NCBI GenBank assembly: GCA_043228905.1
Contig: JBHGNT010000009.1
Location: 15,500,001 to 15,564,000, forward strand
Source: Azolla caroliniana
Lineage: Eukaryota > Plantae > Polypodiophyta
DNA length: 64,000 nucleotides
Direction of reading: 5' to 3'
The notes under the pieces are model-generated. The model was given only the letters and a program-made list of their open reading frames with translations, had not been told where the DNA came from and searched no databases. The first letter of the stretch is position 1. Every line of letters starts with the position of its first letter. The position numbers and the translations under genes were made by a program. Positions 48,204 through 60,486 of the stretch are shown one piece after another.

Positions 48204-49525
48204 TCAGAGCGGGACTCTCTCTTTCCATCGTGCTTCTTCATTAAGAAGACTCGACTTTAGCATGTCCAATGTTAGTTGTTTCCTTTGTGCTGAATTACCT
48301 AGGGTCACCACATGGGTCTGCCAACTATCTAGGAGAGAGCCTAACAGCAATAAGGCTAATACCTCATCTGCTAGAGGTATTTCTAGAGATACAATTTGGT
48401 TTATCAGCCCTTGGAATGCATTTAGGTGCTCAGCCATGCTAGAGCCATCCTGATACTCAGCCTCACAATCTTCCTAAAGACGAAGACTCTGTTCAAGGCA
48501 TTTTTCGTCTCAAACATACTCCCTATCTTCTTCCACAGAACATCAGCTTGGGTCTCATCATTGAAGTTGTTATATAGACTCATATCTATAAAACATCTTA
48601 TGTATACGGCTGATTTTAGATGCATGGCTTCCCTAAGATTGAACATCCCGCCATTTTGCCAGGTCTGTCCGTGCCATATTGTACAGGCAACCACAGATCC
48701 TCACACAATAGCATGTCGCTCATCTTGGACTTCCAAATTGAGTAGTTAGGGCCAGTCAACTTGAAAATCCCGCCAAGGGATTCATCCATATTTCAACCTT
48801 GCTCTGATACCATTTTCATGTGAACTATGGGTTTGAACTCAACCGACTAGCAAACAAGGATGACAAACAACAACCAAAATAGAAATTACATACACAGACG
48901 ATTTTAACGTGGAAAACCTAATTGGGAAAACCATTGGAGCCCACTGACTCCAGAACAATTTCACTATTAGAGTGTACAAGAACTCAAGGCCCTAGCCTCA
49001 GTAAGATCTTCGTCTCTCTCAGTAGATGTCAAACTAAGTGAAACAACAAAGAGCTAAGAGCAACAGAACTTGGTCGATGCAAAGCCGTCAATCTGGTAGG
49101 ATCGGATTCACGGGTCAGCACACAGACGAGCTCGACCTACACAACACCGTTCGCGCTCTCACTTCATCTTTTGTTCTCAATTCGTTTTTATTCCCCTGTT
49201 CTTCTATACAGTTCTACACAATCAAATCATATATTGGGTTTATGCATACATTTATTTATTTGTTTATTTGTTTATTTATTATTTATTTATTTACATATTT
49301 GTCCCTAGCTGAATCGACACTTAGCCTTAGCTGGCTTCCAGCAGCATTCAGCTCTTAGACGGATAGCTGGCTCTCACGCTGGCTATTACACATGGCCAAA
49401 TGGCCGTCTTCCATGCCGGCTCTCATACACGGTTGGCTCTTAGCCTTAACCGGCTTCCATTTTACCTAGCCAACCCTTAGCCGAATCGGCTCTTCTCCCA
49501 TAAGGAGGGACATCCTTTCATAACA
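48204..49525 (-). mobile_element. Copia 5' fragment related to family A: LTR 49525 to about 48816, PBS 48812-48801, gag from 48789
   Basis: MDESLGGIFKLTG...YIRCFIDMSLYNNF...LLLLGSL. Confidence 0.85.
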
Positions 49526-49886
49526 CTATGCAGTATTGTGCAACCACAAGAACCCACTACAGCAAAAGCTCATGTTCTTCCGGACATGAAATTGGCAATG
49601 GAAGTTGAACTTAATGTCAAAACGGGCTCTTCACTCATGCAACTTCCTTACTCTGCACTTTTGTGCAATCACAAGAACCCACAACAGCAAAAGAATCTCT
49701 TGTTCGTCATTGTAGCCTTGTCTTGAAGCATGCCAACAAATGTATTCATATCATGTGTGTTCGGAAGAACAGAAATTGTATCACAAAGAGGCTGAGAATA
49801 ATTCCGGCAACTTGCTCATTAGACGATGCTGCTTGGATTGTCATGAATCTTTTCAACCACAAAGGAAACTTTTAATATTATGATAT

Positions 49887-50060
49887 TTCTTCTAGAACAT
49901 TGTTTTCTGTATTATGTTGTTGCATTCATTTCATACGAATCATCTAGTTTTATGTAGAGAACATTGGCATTTTATTTCTTATGTTTTGTATGTCGATGTG
50001 TAGATGATTCATACAAAATGAACATGACAATATAAAACACAAAACAATGTTCTAGAAGAA
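49887..50060. repeat. imperfect inverted repeat with about 60-bp arms
   Basis: ttcttctagaacattgtttt...gaatcatcta pairs with tagatgattc...aaaacaatgttctagaagaa. Confidence 0.8.
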
Positions 50061-50089
50061 CCGAAATCATAAGTGTTCTGTAAATCTCA

Positions 50090-51275
50090 ATTCTACATAC
50101 AACCACGCAATAATTTGCAACATCTGCATAGAACTCGATCATTTATATCATCTACCTACTTCAGAGGGCTAGACCATTCATATGAATCAAATCCAAAAGC
50201 ATGCAAAAACACCCCAGAAAACAAAAGGCAATACAAGATTTAACATCATATGAAATAATTTGGATTCCAGTATTTCCTTTCATGTTTGTCTTTTGAGGCA
50301 ATCAATAGAATTGCATAAAAAACAGATTCTACAAAAACATAATCCATACAAAATACTACAATAAGTAAAATGATTTTCCACATGATGTAGAATTAGTTCA
50401 TGTCTCCACATCTACACAGAAATACATCATTTTTAAACAGCTGCTACATGGAAGTAGAGAATTTCTGCATATCCATAGAACTGCCTCATTTCCACGGACC
50501 TATATAGCAATAGACCACATTCACACATATAGTACATAGAATTGAATCATTGTTTTGTATCTGCTACATAGGTCTAGATGATTTTCGCACATATACTACA
50601 TCGAACAAGATGCATCTGCTATATAGAATGGCATCATTCTTGTGCATCCACTACCTAGAGTCAAAACATTTCCACACATTCACAACATAGAATCAGATCG
50701 TTCTTGCACATCAACTACATGGAACTAGATTATTCTTGTACATCAACTACATAGAATCAGATAATGTCTTGCGAATTTACTATGGAGAAGCAGATCCCTA
50801 TTGCAGATATACAACACAATTAAATATTTCCATACAATAGAACTTGACAATTTTACACAACTACAGAGAACTAGACCATTTTTGTACATCTACTACATAG
50901 AGCTCGATAATTTTTTTCTACAACATAGAGCTACATCATCTTAGCACATCTAACACATAGAACTAAATAGATCATCTCTGCGCTATACAACCAAATCGTT
51001 TATGTGCATTCCAGCACATACAACTAGATCACTAGTGTAATACCACTTAAAGAACCAGACTATTGTAGAATTACGGACCATCTTTGCACACCTAGTTCAT
51101 ACAAATAGATTACCTTTGGACGTCTAGGACATATAAATAGACTCTTTATCACGTTTACTTCATAGAATCAGATCATTCTTTCGCATATCCATGGAACTAA
51201 AGCACTCTTGAATATTTTACAGCAGAATTAGATCATTTTCGCACATTTACTACATCAAACTATATTAGATCATCT
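50090..51275. repeat. degenerate minisatellite, unit about 30 bp
   Basis: Recurrent consensus cacatctactacatagaactagatcattttt. Confidence 0.7.
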
Positions 51276-51393
51276 ATATGGTTCATGAGCCTCGAGGACA
51301 TAGAGGCGATAATCCACAAAAACAGAACCTATAAGTAAAGGAACGAACATAAAAGAAAACTGACCTATTATTGCGAAAGGGGAGAAACCTAAC

Positions 51394-51580
51394 CTGTGAT
51401 TTCACAAGGCACGGGATCCGGAGGAGGAACCAAGATGAGCTTCTCCATTGTACGAGAGGAGGGAGGGATGTCCAATGGCTCGTGAGTGAGGGGATCGAGA
51501 AAGACGAGGGTTACGCAGGAATCCAGGGAGCCGTGAGAGACAACCCAGCTGCTGGAGGCGATGGCCATGGCCATGGCCAT
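51394..51580 (-). CDS. host gene exon 1 (MAMAMAIASSSWVVSHGSL...PPPDPVPCEIT)
   Basis: Ends ACAG|GTTAGG, a phase 1 donor that splices in frame to exon 2 (CEIT-VKF); upstream (TTC)n-rich leader; which of three close ATGs is used is uncertain. Confidence 0.8.
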
Positions 51581-52449
51581 CGCCAGAGCCAAATCCAAAT
51601 CCAAATCCAAATCCAAGAGCTTGAATCTGAGGAGCGGCGTTCAGTAGGTAGGTAGGTAAGGGTACGTGCGGACTGTGTGAAGAAGCCAAAAGCAAAGGGT
51701 GCCCGTCGCAGCAGCAGGTTGTAAAGACGCAAAAATTCGATTCTTCGTTCGGGCCGCCACGCCACCTCTTAAAGAAGAAGAAGAAGAAGAAGAAGAAGAA
51801 GAGAGAAAGAAAGAGGTGATTTGGCGGGCTGATTCTCTACTCGCTGAGACCGGTGTCCATCCAGGCGGCACCACAAACCAAATTACATACATATCTAATC
51901 CCGGCCACACGGTACACCACTCTTCGGCCAAACATATTGGGTGGTATGGGACACATATGCCATTTTCCAAGTAGAAGAAGTGGACTTGACCCATTTCTTT
52001 CCATACCTTATATGTCCATTTGGAATGTACATCCCAGAGTGAGAGTGAAGAACCTTAACTGTAGTATTTAAGGGTAACTAAACTTCTAATGATTTTAAGG
52101 GTGTGTTAGGAATCGAGGTAACTTGCCTAAGGTCGTGCCATGTGGCGATATGCAGTGATCTGAGGATCTAACGTGCAATTATAAAATGAGGAGGTCCACG
52201 AGACACTCTTGTGCTCCATCAAGGATTGCATCCAACAATAGAGATTTGTTCTATGCATACTTGTAATCAAATCATGCAACTTGTTTTGCAACACTTCCAT
52301 GACATGCTATGTTTCTTTTTACAAAGTCCTATCCCTCAAGAGGTAAAGTGGATGAGTATAGGAATCACCAAACCAATATTTTACTCCAAATAGCACCATG
52401 GTGGTTTGCGATAAATATTTGAAACGATTATCACACACAATATTATAAC

Positions 52450-55400
52450 AATATCGTTGGTTTACTCATTGTGGACACAATGTTCGTGATGTTACATCCA
52501 ATGGAAGGATGTCACTCGACATTGTCTAAAATACAAACAATATATCAAAGCCGCATGTACTTTTGTCTTGCACCAAGTCGATAAGTAACTTAAGGTGAAG
52601 CAAATGGCACTGATACACATCAAAATAATTAGTGTCACTTCAATTATGTCTTGTGATGAATGCAATTCATTGAGAAAACTTGATAAGCATACAATGAATA
52701 AATCAACATTCGTAAATTAAAACCACTCTAATCTTGTAAACCCAACCAAGTGAACAAATTATTATAAGGCATCTAGTAGTTACATCATTAGATTACTCAT
52801 TCTCAACCCAAATCAAGCAAAACAATGAGTTTGGTACAGGTACAAAATAATGATGTCATTGTTATATGCTCCTTGTGAATGGAGTGTGTAAATGCAACCC
52901 GAGACAAAACAAATGTGCTAATGATGATCAAACACACAACATAAATAATCAACTTTGTGTGAATGTAACCCTAAATGTCGTAAATGATCGTTGTTATAAT
53001 TGGAAAATGTGAAAGAGAATTGCATCAAATGGAATAATATCATTGATTTCTCACACTCAAATCTCCATGCACACTATATAAGAAACTTTTCCGGAAGCTC
53101 CTCGTGAATGCAAAATCAAAGCACCTATTGCTCATATTCAATAAATAACACCAATTGTTTTCCCTACTTGTCACCACGTTCCCACTCTCAACAAAATTGG
53201 TGTCAAATGTGTGTTTAGCATGAGCCTCCATAAGAATGTATCTTATTGATTGCCCCGAGAATCCCACGTGAAAATGTAAGAAAGTAGTAATTGTGTTGCA
53301 ACTTGTTTTTGCCAGTGGTAGATTGTACGACGCTCAACATAATATCGGATAGTTCACATTACACAAGTCTATATCATAATCATGTGCTGATATATGACAT
53401 CAGTTTGGAGATAAGTTTATGTATTCACTAAGCACATTATATAGTTGGTAAAATTCAAACGATCTAATAGTCATCCACTATCACTTGTTTCTATGTGTCT
53501 CTCTTGTCATGTGGGCCACATCACATTGTCAAAAAAACATATAAGATTCATGTTATGTACATCCAAATGAATCATATTGTAAGTACATGCGGGTCTCAAA
53601 GTGTATTTGGCTAAACCATTCACAATAGAAACTATTTTTGCACTCCTTAAAGTGTGCTTACACCAAGAAGGAAATTAAGATTTAATTGCTTTTGACTACA
53701 CATAATTCTAGCATTTCTATAGACTATTCCAATATTTTATTTTCCACCGTCCTAATTTTCCTGCTCGCAGCTCCCACTTACCTACTACAAGCACATGCAT
53801 CACCATTTGCGGCCACGCCACATTTCCATCCTTATGCGACCCCCATCCAATGAAAGAATGTTTTTTAAATATCATATCACGAATTGACGTTGAACATCAT
53901 GTACATAGAAACCTTTATAAGGCTATAGTTATTTCCAATGTCCATGCAATGTTCAGTTGTTTGTGCACACATGTCCTTAGATGCAAATACTAGTGAAACA
54001 TCTTCTTGTACATGTCATCAGCTTTTTATTGGCGAAATTAGTGGAAATTGATGTCACACATAACATCAATATCCCATTGGAGACTTGGTAATTGTACTAT
54101 TAATGCAATTATTGTTTTGTGAGTATGTTAAGTTACCACACACCCCACCAAGCATCAATTTGTTTGCCCTATTGTTTATTTGTATACATATATATCCAAT
54201 AGCAAAATTCCAATACAACATAGATATACTTTCATATATATCTTAGCGAATCAGGTGGAAAACACAACATTGGATGTGGAACTCATTCACCCAACATGTC
54301 ATACACTCAAAGATGCCTACCTTACCTTCTAAGCCCATTCAGTAGTCGATTCCCACAACCAACATGGATAGGATTTTGTGGACAAAAAGTCATGAGAAAT
54401 TGATTTTGAGCACACATATACATCCACTCCATCATCTTAAACCTATACTGATCCTAACAATAAGATTACAACCTATCATTTATGTGTAGAGTTAGTATTA
54501 GCTTGCCCATCTACATCCTAGAGGCTAAGCACATCCTTTCAATATGTACAAGAATTTCCATGTAAATAGTGCCAATATGCTCTATTTGTGAGTGCAACCT
54601 TAAAAACTACATAAAAGCCAAGTGTGTAGTACACATGTGTCAAAAAGTCAACAGTAGAAGGAAGGGAGAAAAAATGGTTTGTGAAGGCCTAAATTGAAAT
54701 AAATAACAACATGTCTCCTCAGTCCGGACAAGTGTGAAACCGGCGTGCTCCTATACACTAATCATTAATTAAGAATACTACCCTTCAATTGGGAGCCTTG
54801 GTAATTGCAGCCCTACCCTATAAGCTCTACTATTCTATCAAGCTTTTCAAGAGGAAATCTTACCCCAAGTGGTTTTCTTGTGTGGAGTGATTGATTATAG
54901 GTCAAGTTGTACCCTTTTTCCTAGGATTTCCTTCCTCACTTCTTGTCACCTACTTGCTTGTACTCTCCCATTTGCCATAGCTTTTCAAACTTTCACCTTG
55001 TCCAATATCTTGGTGTGACTTGTACTCTCTCTTGTGATCTTCTCATTTACCATCTTCTTTTCTCAATTCCTCATCATCATCATTATCATGAGTCTTCAAA
55101 CCCTATTTTGCTCCTAAGTTTGTTTCCTAGCTCACTACTATATGTTGAGAAATCTAGAGCCCAAATTAACATGTAACTAGATTCCCAACCATGATTACCT
55201 TAATCATCAAACTCATAATTAAAGGCGCCTAAGATGATTGGGTGTTAACAATCTTGTAACTAGATGTTCGACCATGAACCTTAACTAATCACTCACCAAC
55301 TTCCAATGAAACTAGGCCTAACTTGAACTAGATCACCAATCATACGCTTGGCTACTCACCAAGTTCCAATTAAGCGTAATTCTACTAAATAATTCAGGCA

Positions 55401-55650
55401 TGCCAAAATGTGTCACCATGGATGAACCTTGATTACAAACATCCAATACAACACATACCCCCAAAAGAACTTGCGATTGGATTGTTGTGACAATAACTGT
55501 CTTGCGATTGGATCCTTGTGACATTGGCCATCAATCCAATCCCATATGCTTACATCTTACACTAGAATAAACAATTTAGTATTTCTTATGCTTGCATATA
55601 TAAATATGCCCATTTATGCTAAATAACAAGATCCATTTCATGTTACTTAT
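52450..55650 (-). pseudogene. highly decayed Copia-like remnant(s)
   Basis: Only scattered short motifs (IEV.HY / DLVQD RNase H-like near 52560-52645; integrase-like near 55590-55640); no ORFs. Confidence 0.3.
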
Positions 55651-56308
55651 TACCCAACAATTATAACTTTCTACAACCATGAGTGAGTTGTGAAGTTGGC
55701 TTCCCAAGTTTGATAAACTAATTAACTTCAACATCGTTAACTTTTTCCTCATATTATCTTATTATCCTCAATCTACAAATGCGAACATTTTTACAAGATT
55801 CCTTTAAACAATATGTTTCTTCTCCAATATAAACCATTTGTGAATCATAATCACTCTCAAACTACAAAGTTGGATTTTTAAGGTTTCCCCATGTAGATTA
55901 CTAACTCCAACAATGTCTAAGTTTCTTGTCACGTTACTTTGTTGTCATAAACTCCCCTAACCAAACTTCATGATATCATGCTTGAAGTTCCTTGAACTAT
56001 CATCTCAAGGTTCACTACTACTTTTTATGTCAATTTACATGCCAAATCTGTAGTTGCCATTGAAGTTTAAACTTTCATCCAATCAATAGCCATTAGATAA
56101 TCTAGGTTGGTAGGCTTATTTGTTTGTATTTGTTGTACCCTTGAATAAGTGTATTTTAATAATCTCGTACCAATATTTGATCCAATATTCCATAGTTGCT
56201 AAGATTAGCTGATAAACTAATTCATATTTTCAAATTACACATCAATAACAATACTTGTTCTACCCTACTTCTTGCTCCCTAAATTATGTACTTTTTGTAA
56301 TAATCTTC

Positions 56309-56833
56309 GAGCATGATGTTCTCTAAATACACTTATTATGTAAAATTATATAGCAACTTTCTATTTCGTATCATTGACTACAATCTAACATGTATTCACA
56401 TATGCATGTTTGTTCATACTCATTGTACAATTGAGCAACCATACAATATTTTTGCATCGAACATTTGACAATGTGGCTAATTGAAAATTGATATATTACC
56501 AAAAAAATGAATGAATGAATGATATGATACAAGGTTGGAGCTTGTCTTACAGGACAAGCTCGTGTCTATAACATGGAGCATGATGTTCTCTAAATACACT
56601 TTTTATGTAAAATTATATCGCAACTTTCTAATTAGTACCATTGACTACAATCTAACATGTATTCACATATGCATGTTTGTTCATACTCATTGTACAATTG
56701 AGCAACCATCAAATATTTTTTAATCGAACATTTGTGGCTAATTGAAAATTGTTATATTACCCAAAAAAATGAACGAATGATATGATACAAGGTTGGAGGT
56801 TGTCTTACAGAACAAGCTTGTGTCTATAACATG
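56309..56833. repeat. tandem duplication, period 267 bp
   Basis: gagcatgatgttctctaaatacact starts at 56309 and 56576; the copies are colinear with few differences. Confidence 0.92.
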
Positions 56834-57757
56834 AGGCATAACGAAGGATCTTAGTTCTTATCCACGTACACTTGGATAAACACTCGTTACATGCATTAAA
56901 AAACTATTTAAGACTTTTAATTGTGCTTGAAGTTTTTTTGAAGATTCTACTATAATGTTGTTGTCTATTTGATATTGTATGTGAATGGCACATATTCACA
57001 TGCCAATACTCTTAAATTGTTTCCATTTCATAGATTTGTTGAAGATGTTTGCACTGTAGTAGTTCGTTGTCTAAGAATAGTTGAACAATTCCATGGTCAA
57101 TGACCTAATACGTGATAATATTGCATCGAGGTTCTTGACAACAATTAACTTTACCTTGACGATCAACTCATAGACTGACGTGATCACACATGGATTATAT
57201 CTGTTTAAAAATGGTGAAGTCGGGTTATACTTGAGGCTTGGAGCATGTGCTCACTAAAGCAACAATAATTCCCATATATGTCATCTATAATATATTTTAC
57301 GTTGAATCTATATTGGGAAGGAGGATTCATCCTTCCATGCATGTTGTTCCCCACACATGTCAAGGATATTTTTGCATTTGTGTACATTATATATGGTTCC
57401 CGTCATCTACATATGGGATGAAAATTCTTAATTTTCCAATTACTTCAACGAATGATTTCCACAAGACAAACAACATGCATAAGCATAAAATGGGCAGGCT
57501 TTGACTAAGCACACACTAAAGGTGATGATCAAATAATGGAAACGTGTGAATCAATTCACGTAAACACGATGGAACGCTTCTAACATTGTGGGATGTGGCC
57601 ATGCAGAGTAGATCTTGATTTTGGATCCAAATTTCAATGTAGCCACATTTATGAAAATTTCGCTCTCCATCTCTTACCACGTGTCATTTCCCCCACATTG
57701 TCTTTGTTCATCCATTTTTTCTTTCTCAAATCTCATGCTAAAGTAGTTTGGCCACTA

Positions 57758-57897
57758 GTTGAGTAGGGCTCAAATCTACAATAATACCGTTATGAACAAT
57801 ACGTTTCAACCGCTATCGTAACACGTTAAATAGGCTTAGTAGGGCTCGAACCTACAATATTACCAATATGACGACATGTTTCAACCAATTAAACTTA
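57758..57897 (-). pseudogene. two tandem degenerate copies of a plant mitochondrial-type tRNA-Ile(CAU)
   Basis: Reverse complements agtttaattggttgaaac...cat...tattgtaggttcgagccctactaagccta and ggttgaaacgta..gttcataacggt..tattgtag..tgagccctact resemble mitochondrial trnI(CAU) as recalled. Confidence 0.65.
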
Positions 57898-60423
57898 CAT
57901 ATTATCATTGATGTTATTCTAATTCCATTTTATATCCCAACACCATATTCCTACACATATTCCATCACTCATTTGAACTCTCCTCCTTTAAGCATCTCTC
58001 TTATCCACCCTTACCCCCTATGTGTGAGCTGATCTACTTGTTTCTCCATATTGGCTCACTATTTTTATATTATCATATAAAGTAGATAAGTGTTATTTTT
58101 AGCATCGTATTAAGGCAATTATATAATTTTCAACCATTATCTTATGCAAAGCAATATTTTTAGAAAAAAATTATAGCATGAATGATATAACACAAACTAT
58201 GCCAACAACAAATCTATAGCGATTGGACTCATAGGCTTATGCTAATGTTATTAGAGATGAGTCAAAGATTTAAAGAGAAATATGAATGTGGAGTTAATTA
58301 ATGATTCTCGATGTTGAAGGGTTTCACTAATAAATGTTGCAATTGAGAGTGCACATTGTGATCGAGAGGGAAATGTAAGGATATTCCTTTCAAAATAAAG
58401 AAGCACCATTTTTTGACTGAACTAACATAAACCATGTTTAATTGGTAAGCCAACATTTATTAGTTGTTGACCATGTTAAAACGTGGTCTTATGCGTTAGC
58501 ACGTAATGTCTTTTTACGCATTAGCCTTAGGAACTATACATCTCAATTCTCATGTACATGCAAATGGTGTTAATGAAGGTAGTTAGAGAAAATGTAGAGG
58601 TTTGTCTAATTAAAACCAATTGAATCCTTCATGCAATTGTTAAAAAGTGCAATTGCTTTTGCACCCCATAAATTTCACCCATGACATGAAGCGGGCAAAA
58701 TAGAAACCACTACATCATCACATTTGCACATTCTTTGAGAATGATTCACACGGAAAACCAACATTTTCTTTTTGTTCTTTCATTGAACGTTTTTTGAATC
58801 CCACTTATTGAATCACAAACATATAAAGTGAAACTAGAAAATGCTTTATCATATTATAACACAATTGATTAATGCATTGGGGTAGATGTGGTTTTGATTG
58901 TTGCATAATGGTAGTCTACACCCATCCACAATACATCTTTTAAATTTTTAATCCCAATCCCCCACATGAGGAGTGATATAGAGGATGTCATGAATTTCAC
59001 AAGAAAGGAGGTGATTATGTCAATGATCAAAATGGTGCTTTCTAGAGATTTGCAACAACTAGTGCATTGACAAGCAAAATTGCGATAGCAGAATGTTAAT
59101 GCAGTGGCATGATATTCATTATGTAGCTCAACTATATTAAATTGAAAGTGTTTCATGTACGAACTCCCAATTATTTGGTAGCCGTATGTGGGTATGCACA
59201 AGTGCACATAGGTTGTCAATGGTATGTGAACTTATTGCGATTGGTATGAGTTGAGTTATACACTACCTAGGGCAAGAGGCCATTTGACATTGACAAGCAA
59301 GAACTAAGCTCTTTCCCCGATGATGTACTTGGGTTTTAAACATAAGAATGAGCTCAAGAGAAATTCATACTTTAAACTTCATACCAACTACATCCCTATG
59401 GCAATATTTAGCCAAAACACCAAAGATATTGTTGAGAGAAAAACTATCTAGGTGCCAAACGAACATCGTTAAGGTCCATTGAGGAACAATGACAATTTGA
59501 TATAATGCGCATGATCAAGCAATATAAGAAATTATAAGATGTACAATAAAAGGCACACATTCTTGCTAGAAGTCAGGGTTCACATGATACGGTTCTTGAT
59601 CATCTAGGCAACGTCGATATTACAAACTATTTTGGATGATCGACACTTTCTTGCTAAAAGACATTAGGCAAAAAATCTAGGTGTAGTAGTAACCACTAGG
59701 TGCTACCCGAGGTCGTAATTGTTCAAATATTTCAATTGGAAAAATCGAAGGTAAGATCATGAAGCAACACACACGCATGTAACTAGCCAAATATACTATG
59801 AAGCATCTACATGCCAAGATTTAAAACAAACTAGGTAACAACAATCCAACATCTATGGTGGAAATGTGTTTTTGAGTATTTCAACACAAAGCTAGTGTCC
59901 AAGTGCATCAAACTTTTGTAAAAGGATCTCCATTTTCACATTTTCACATAGCTAGCTTATGAGCCAGGGCTCATGGACACAAATTATTTCCATGTACAAA
60001 CTTTGTGAGTGCATGGGAAGGGATCCCCCTCTAATTATAATTAGGGGCTTTGTGGCAAGCGGCGAATGTTTATGCTCCAACTTTGTGAGATCCACAAAAT
60101 AATTTGCAACTCTTTAAAATGAGAGTCTCATACCTTGTTCATATTATATTCATTAATTTAAGACATCTCTATTTTCATTGGATTGTGGGAGGGAAGAAAC
60201 CTACCCCTACCAAGGATTAAAAGTGTCTGTCATTAATCATGCTAATGAAGTTGGTGCCGTAATGGTAGTTTGGGTAATAAGATAATTCTCATATCTAAAG
60301 GTGAATCTTGGATAGATTCAGAAATGTATTGAGGAGGGGGAATTGCAAGGACAATGAGGATTATTTCAATTGTGAGTTTTTGTAGAAATACTGAGTGAGA
60401 AGACACAAGGTCCGGATTTGTAG

Positions 60424-60425
<2 letters not shown>

Positions 60426-60482
<57 letters not shown>
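60426..60482. repeat. (CA)n microsatellite
   Basis: Perfect run. Confidence 0.95.
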
Positions 60483-60486
<4 letters not shown>

